DNA of 64,000 bases from Candidatus Omnitrophota bacterium (GTDB taxonomy: Bacteria > Omnitrophota > Gorgyraeia > B26-G9), in assembly GCA_043805415.1 (NCBI GenBank), contig JAZDHZ010000007.1, positions 93,786 through 157,785 of the forward strand, given 5' to 3'. The translations under genes were made by a program, and so were the position numbers. Shown one piece after another: positions 62,001 through 64,000 of the stretch; position 1 is the stretch's first letter, and each line of letters starts with the position of its first letter. The notes beneath the pieces were generated by a model, which was given only the letters and a program-made list of their open reading frames with translations, ran no database searches and was not told where the DNA came from.

Positions 62001-63998
62001 GGAAAAAAGCGTCATTGCCGCGACAAAAGGAGCAAAAGAAGCAGTTGTGGTAAGTGTTTTTCGCCAAGCAGTTAATCCTACTGTTTTTCCAATATCTTTT
62101 AAAGACTGCCGATGACCAATAGCAATCGCATCAGCCATTTTAGTGATCGTAGAATCAACTTGCGATAATCTTTTTACTTGGGAATTAAGCGCCCAGCCAA
62201 TCATTACTGCCCCGATAGTCACCGCCACCAAAACAACCGGGCCTAAACCAAGAAACAAACTAACCGCGCTGCCAATAACCGGCAAACCAACCGCGCTGCC
62301 GACACCGCCGATACTTAGAGCTTTAAATACCACCCCGATTAAAACAGCAAGCGCGATATTTGCCGAGATCGCGACTGAAGCAGGAATTATCTTTACAGCT
62401 AATAATTTCACGCGTTCTGAAAAAGGAATTCGATTAATTTTCGCGGCTTCTGCTTGAGCTTGATTCATCTCTCCATCTGTCGGAGCTTGCTGAGCAAGCT
62501 GAAAAGCAAGCCCAATAACATTTTTACCCAGATCATTTGCTGTATCTTGTTTCGTCTGTTCAAAAGCAGCCGCTGTTATCCGCTTGATTTCCGCGTAAAT
62601 CATCTGCGGCCTTATAAACTGTTTCTGATATCCGGAACGTGAAGATATTTTCTCTAATCTATGTTTTTTCCATTCAGATTCACTTAAAAACCGCATCCAT
62701 TTCTGATCAACAATTTCTAAAGCGCGGTTTTTAAGAATATCTTCTATAATCGCGAACAAAGCTTTTTCCAGATTGTAATCAGCAGCTTCCAAAGCGCTAT
62801 TTATTGTTTGGGCTTCTATATTACTTAATCCAAAGTCATTGTTTAAAATTTCATTTATGATTAATTCATATTGAATTTCCTGTCCAAGATCAACTCTATC
62901 ACTAATCGCCTGAGCGATTTTTTCCTTGATTGATTCAATAACATTTCGCGGGATGCCCAGCGCCGTTAAATCCCCAGTAACTATGTTTCTTCTAAACATT
63001 ACATGCTCTCTGGCAAATCCTTGACCTTTGCCCGCGCCGCTGGCCTCTTGCCACAAGAACTCACCAAAAGATTTTTGTTCTTTCTCCATGTTCTGTTTAC
63101 TATCATTAATACTTTTTCGAATTGCCGAAACAACCTTCTGGCTCTGATTAGCTGACTTAGGATCATTAGTCATGATAAACGTATGCGGCTTACCAACACT
63201 AACCTTGCTGGTTAAATAAGCTAATTTCTCGGAAATAAGCTCTTTATAATTTAAAAAATCTTCCGGCGACCAGAACCCAAAAAAGAAACCTTCTCTGCCA
63301 TCTCGTCCGCTGCGGCCTCTTAACTGAATATCTGTTTCTTCAGAGGCATCGGCACTTAATGACATAACCACCATTTTATCGCCTTTAAAATCAACTCCGC
63401 GTCCGGATATATTAGTGGATACAATAATTACTTTACTATTTTTAGAAAGCTCTTCGACCTTGTCTTTTAACATTTTTGTATCTGAAGTGGCTTCATGATT
63501 TTTAGAAACAAATTCAATAATAACATTGTCCACAGCATTATCCGCGATCAGCGAATCCAAATCATCCAAAGTCACATTTTCAATTTCATTGCCTTTTGCA
63601 TCAGTAATCTTTCCCTCCTGAGTAATCCGCGCGATATTCCGCCGCGCCATGGCCGGTTTAGCCAAAAGTTTATCCGTAAAACTTGCTACCTGATTTTCAT
63701 CATCACAGCGGACAAGTACAGCTCCGGCTTGTTCAGGAAGTCCCCAATCAGACATTTTCCTTGTCGCGCTTTGATCTGTCTTTAGAACAACTATCGCGTC
63801 AATCGCGTTTCCGATTGACTCTTCTTGATCAGAACTCAGAATAATCTGTTCTTTTCTTTTTGAAACCTTATCTAATCCGCTAAGATCTTTAAACTCTAAT
63901 CCATAATTATCAGCTGTCTTCTGTCCAATGGTAGCAGAAGCAGCGCTAATTCCGGAAACAAGCCCCAAATTATCACTCAAAATTACCGGCAAAATCAT
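38025..63998 (-). CDS. Giant multidomain membrane-associated protein, partial (>8657 aa); the N-terminus lies beyond the window end
   Basis: A 25,974-nt ORF without stops in AT-rich DNA. Contains a SecA-like ATPase region, four or more TM clusters, an M23 peptidase, two LysM domains, seven or more ~190-aa tandem repeats, a Pro-rich linker and an acidic low-complexity C-terminal tail. Confidence 0.85.
   Translation of the reverse strand: [8657 protein letters not shown]
48900..52770 (-). repeat. Region of giant ORF encoding seven or more tandem ~190-aa repeats (G-[AV]-[MS]-[IV]-GET-[HY]-[LT]-Y ... L-x-W-[QE]-[EQ]-[ILV]-[KD]-D-N-[LKF]-G-R ... F-[YF]-Y)
   Basis: Repeat units visible in translation: [133 protein letters not shown], each preceded by a G(A/V)(M/S)(V/I)GETYLYD-like block. 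Confidence 0.6.
59210..59670 (-). other. Domains in giant ORF: two LysM peptidoglycan-binding modules separated by a TPEAKQL-repeat linker
   Basis: [52 protein letters not shown] and [52 protein letters not shown]. Confidence 0.65.
59990..60380 (-). other. Domain in giant ORF: M23/LytM-family metallopeptidase
   Basis: KGFDFNMP...YGNLVIVRH...INDHLHFE; the HxH motif is encoded at 60005..60019 (plus strand ttcaaaatgcagatg). Confidence 0.7.
62440..63998 (-). other. Domain in giant ORF: SecA-like ATPase NBD2 plus helical scaffold region (aa ~1-520 of the in-window ORF)
   Basis: [14 protein letters not shown] and [23 protein letters not shown] parallel SecA TNMAGRGTDI / [54 protein letters not shown]...Y..E parallels the SecA HSD block [36 protein letters not shown]. 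Confidence 0.55.
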
Positions 63999-64000
63999 CG

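Noticed and set aside
1-64000. CRISPR arrays, rRNA or tRNA genes
   Set aside because: No regularly spaced direct repeats, and no stretches with tRNA-like cloverleaf potential or rRNA-like composition. The non-coding spacers are short and AT-rich.

Overview
The window is AT-rich bacterial DNA, probably from an uncultivated diderm lineage, with unusually dense, gene-rich coding. Every credible gene lies on the minus strand, and I found no rRNA, tRNA or CRISPR. Contents, in coordinate order:

- **Glycan ABC-export operon (1..12290).** It encodes a WecA/MraY-family initiating transferase and a UDP-galactopyranose-mutase-like flavoenzyme. It also encodes a Wzm ABC-2 permease and a Wzt/TagH-type ATPase carrying a ~1100-aa C-terminal extension built of repeated W-rich domains. 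A stand-alone copy of that repeat lies at the window edge. Four tandem radical-SAM/SPASM genes sit in the same operon, arranged as two duplicated heterotypic pairs.
- **PilZ/pilin surface locus (12626..20109).** Genes: a small PilZ protein, a type-IV-pilin-like gene translationally coupled to a large OMP-like protein, a PilZ–TM–coiled-coil–(alpha/alpha)-like fusion, and a TPR/PKD protein.
- **Sugar-utilisation block (20150..26447).** Two clan GH-A glycosidases, two CBM-like secreted paralogs and a GPH/MelB-type symporter.
- **Two very large secreted proteins (26830..34715).** They share a near-identical signal-peptide cassette, conserved at the nucleotide level.
- **AbiEi/AbiEii toxin–antitoxin module (35160..36856).** The AbiEi gene is frameshifted in an A10 homopolymer. 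A 37-codon remnant of a PilZ gene lies next to the module.
- **Second PilZ gene (37540..37899).**
- **Giant ORF (38025..63998).** It has no stop codon for 25,974 nt, so it encodes more than 8657 aa, and its start lies beyond the window end. Its N-terminal region resembles the SecA ATPase. Downstream are a polytopic membrane domain, an M23 peptidase, two LysM domains, seven or more tandem ~190-aa repeats and three further transmembrane clusters.

A recurring intergenic repeat with the core ATAGTCAATAGCTAATAG occurs at four sites. A few GC-rich hairpins and rho-independent terminators are also visible.

All functional calls rest on motifs I recognised by eye. Domain boundaries are approximate.
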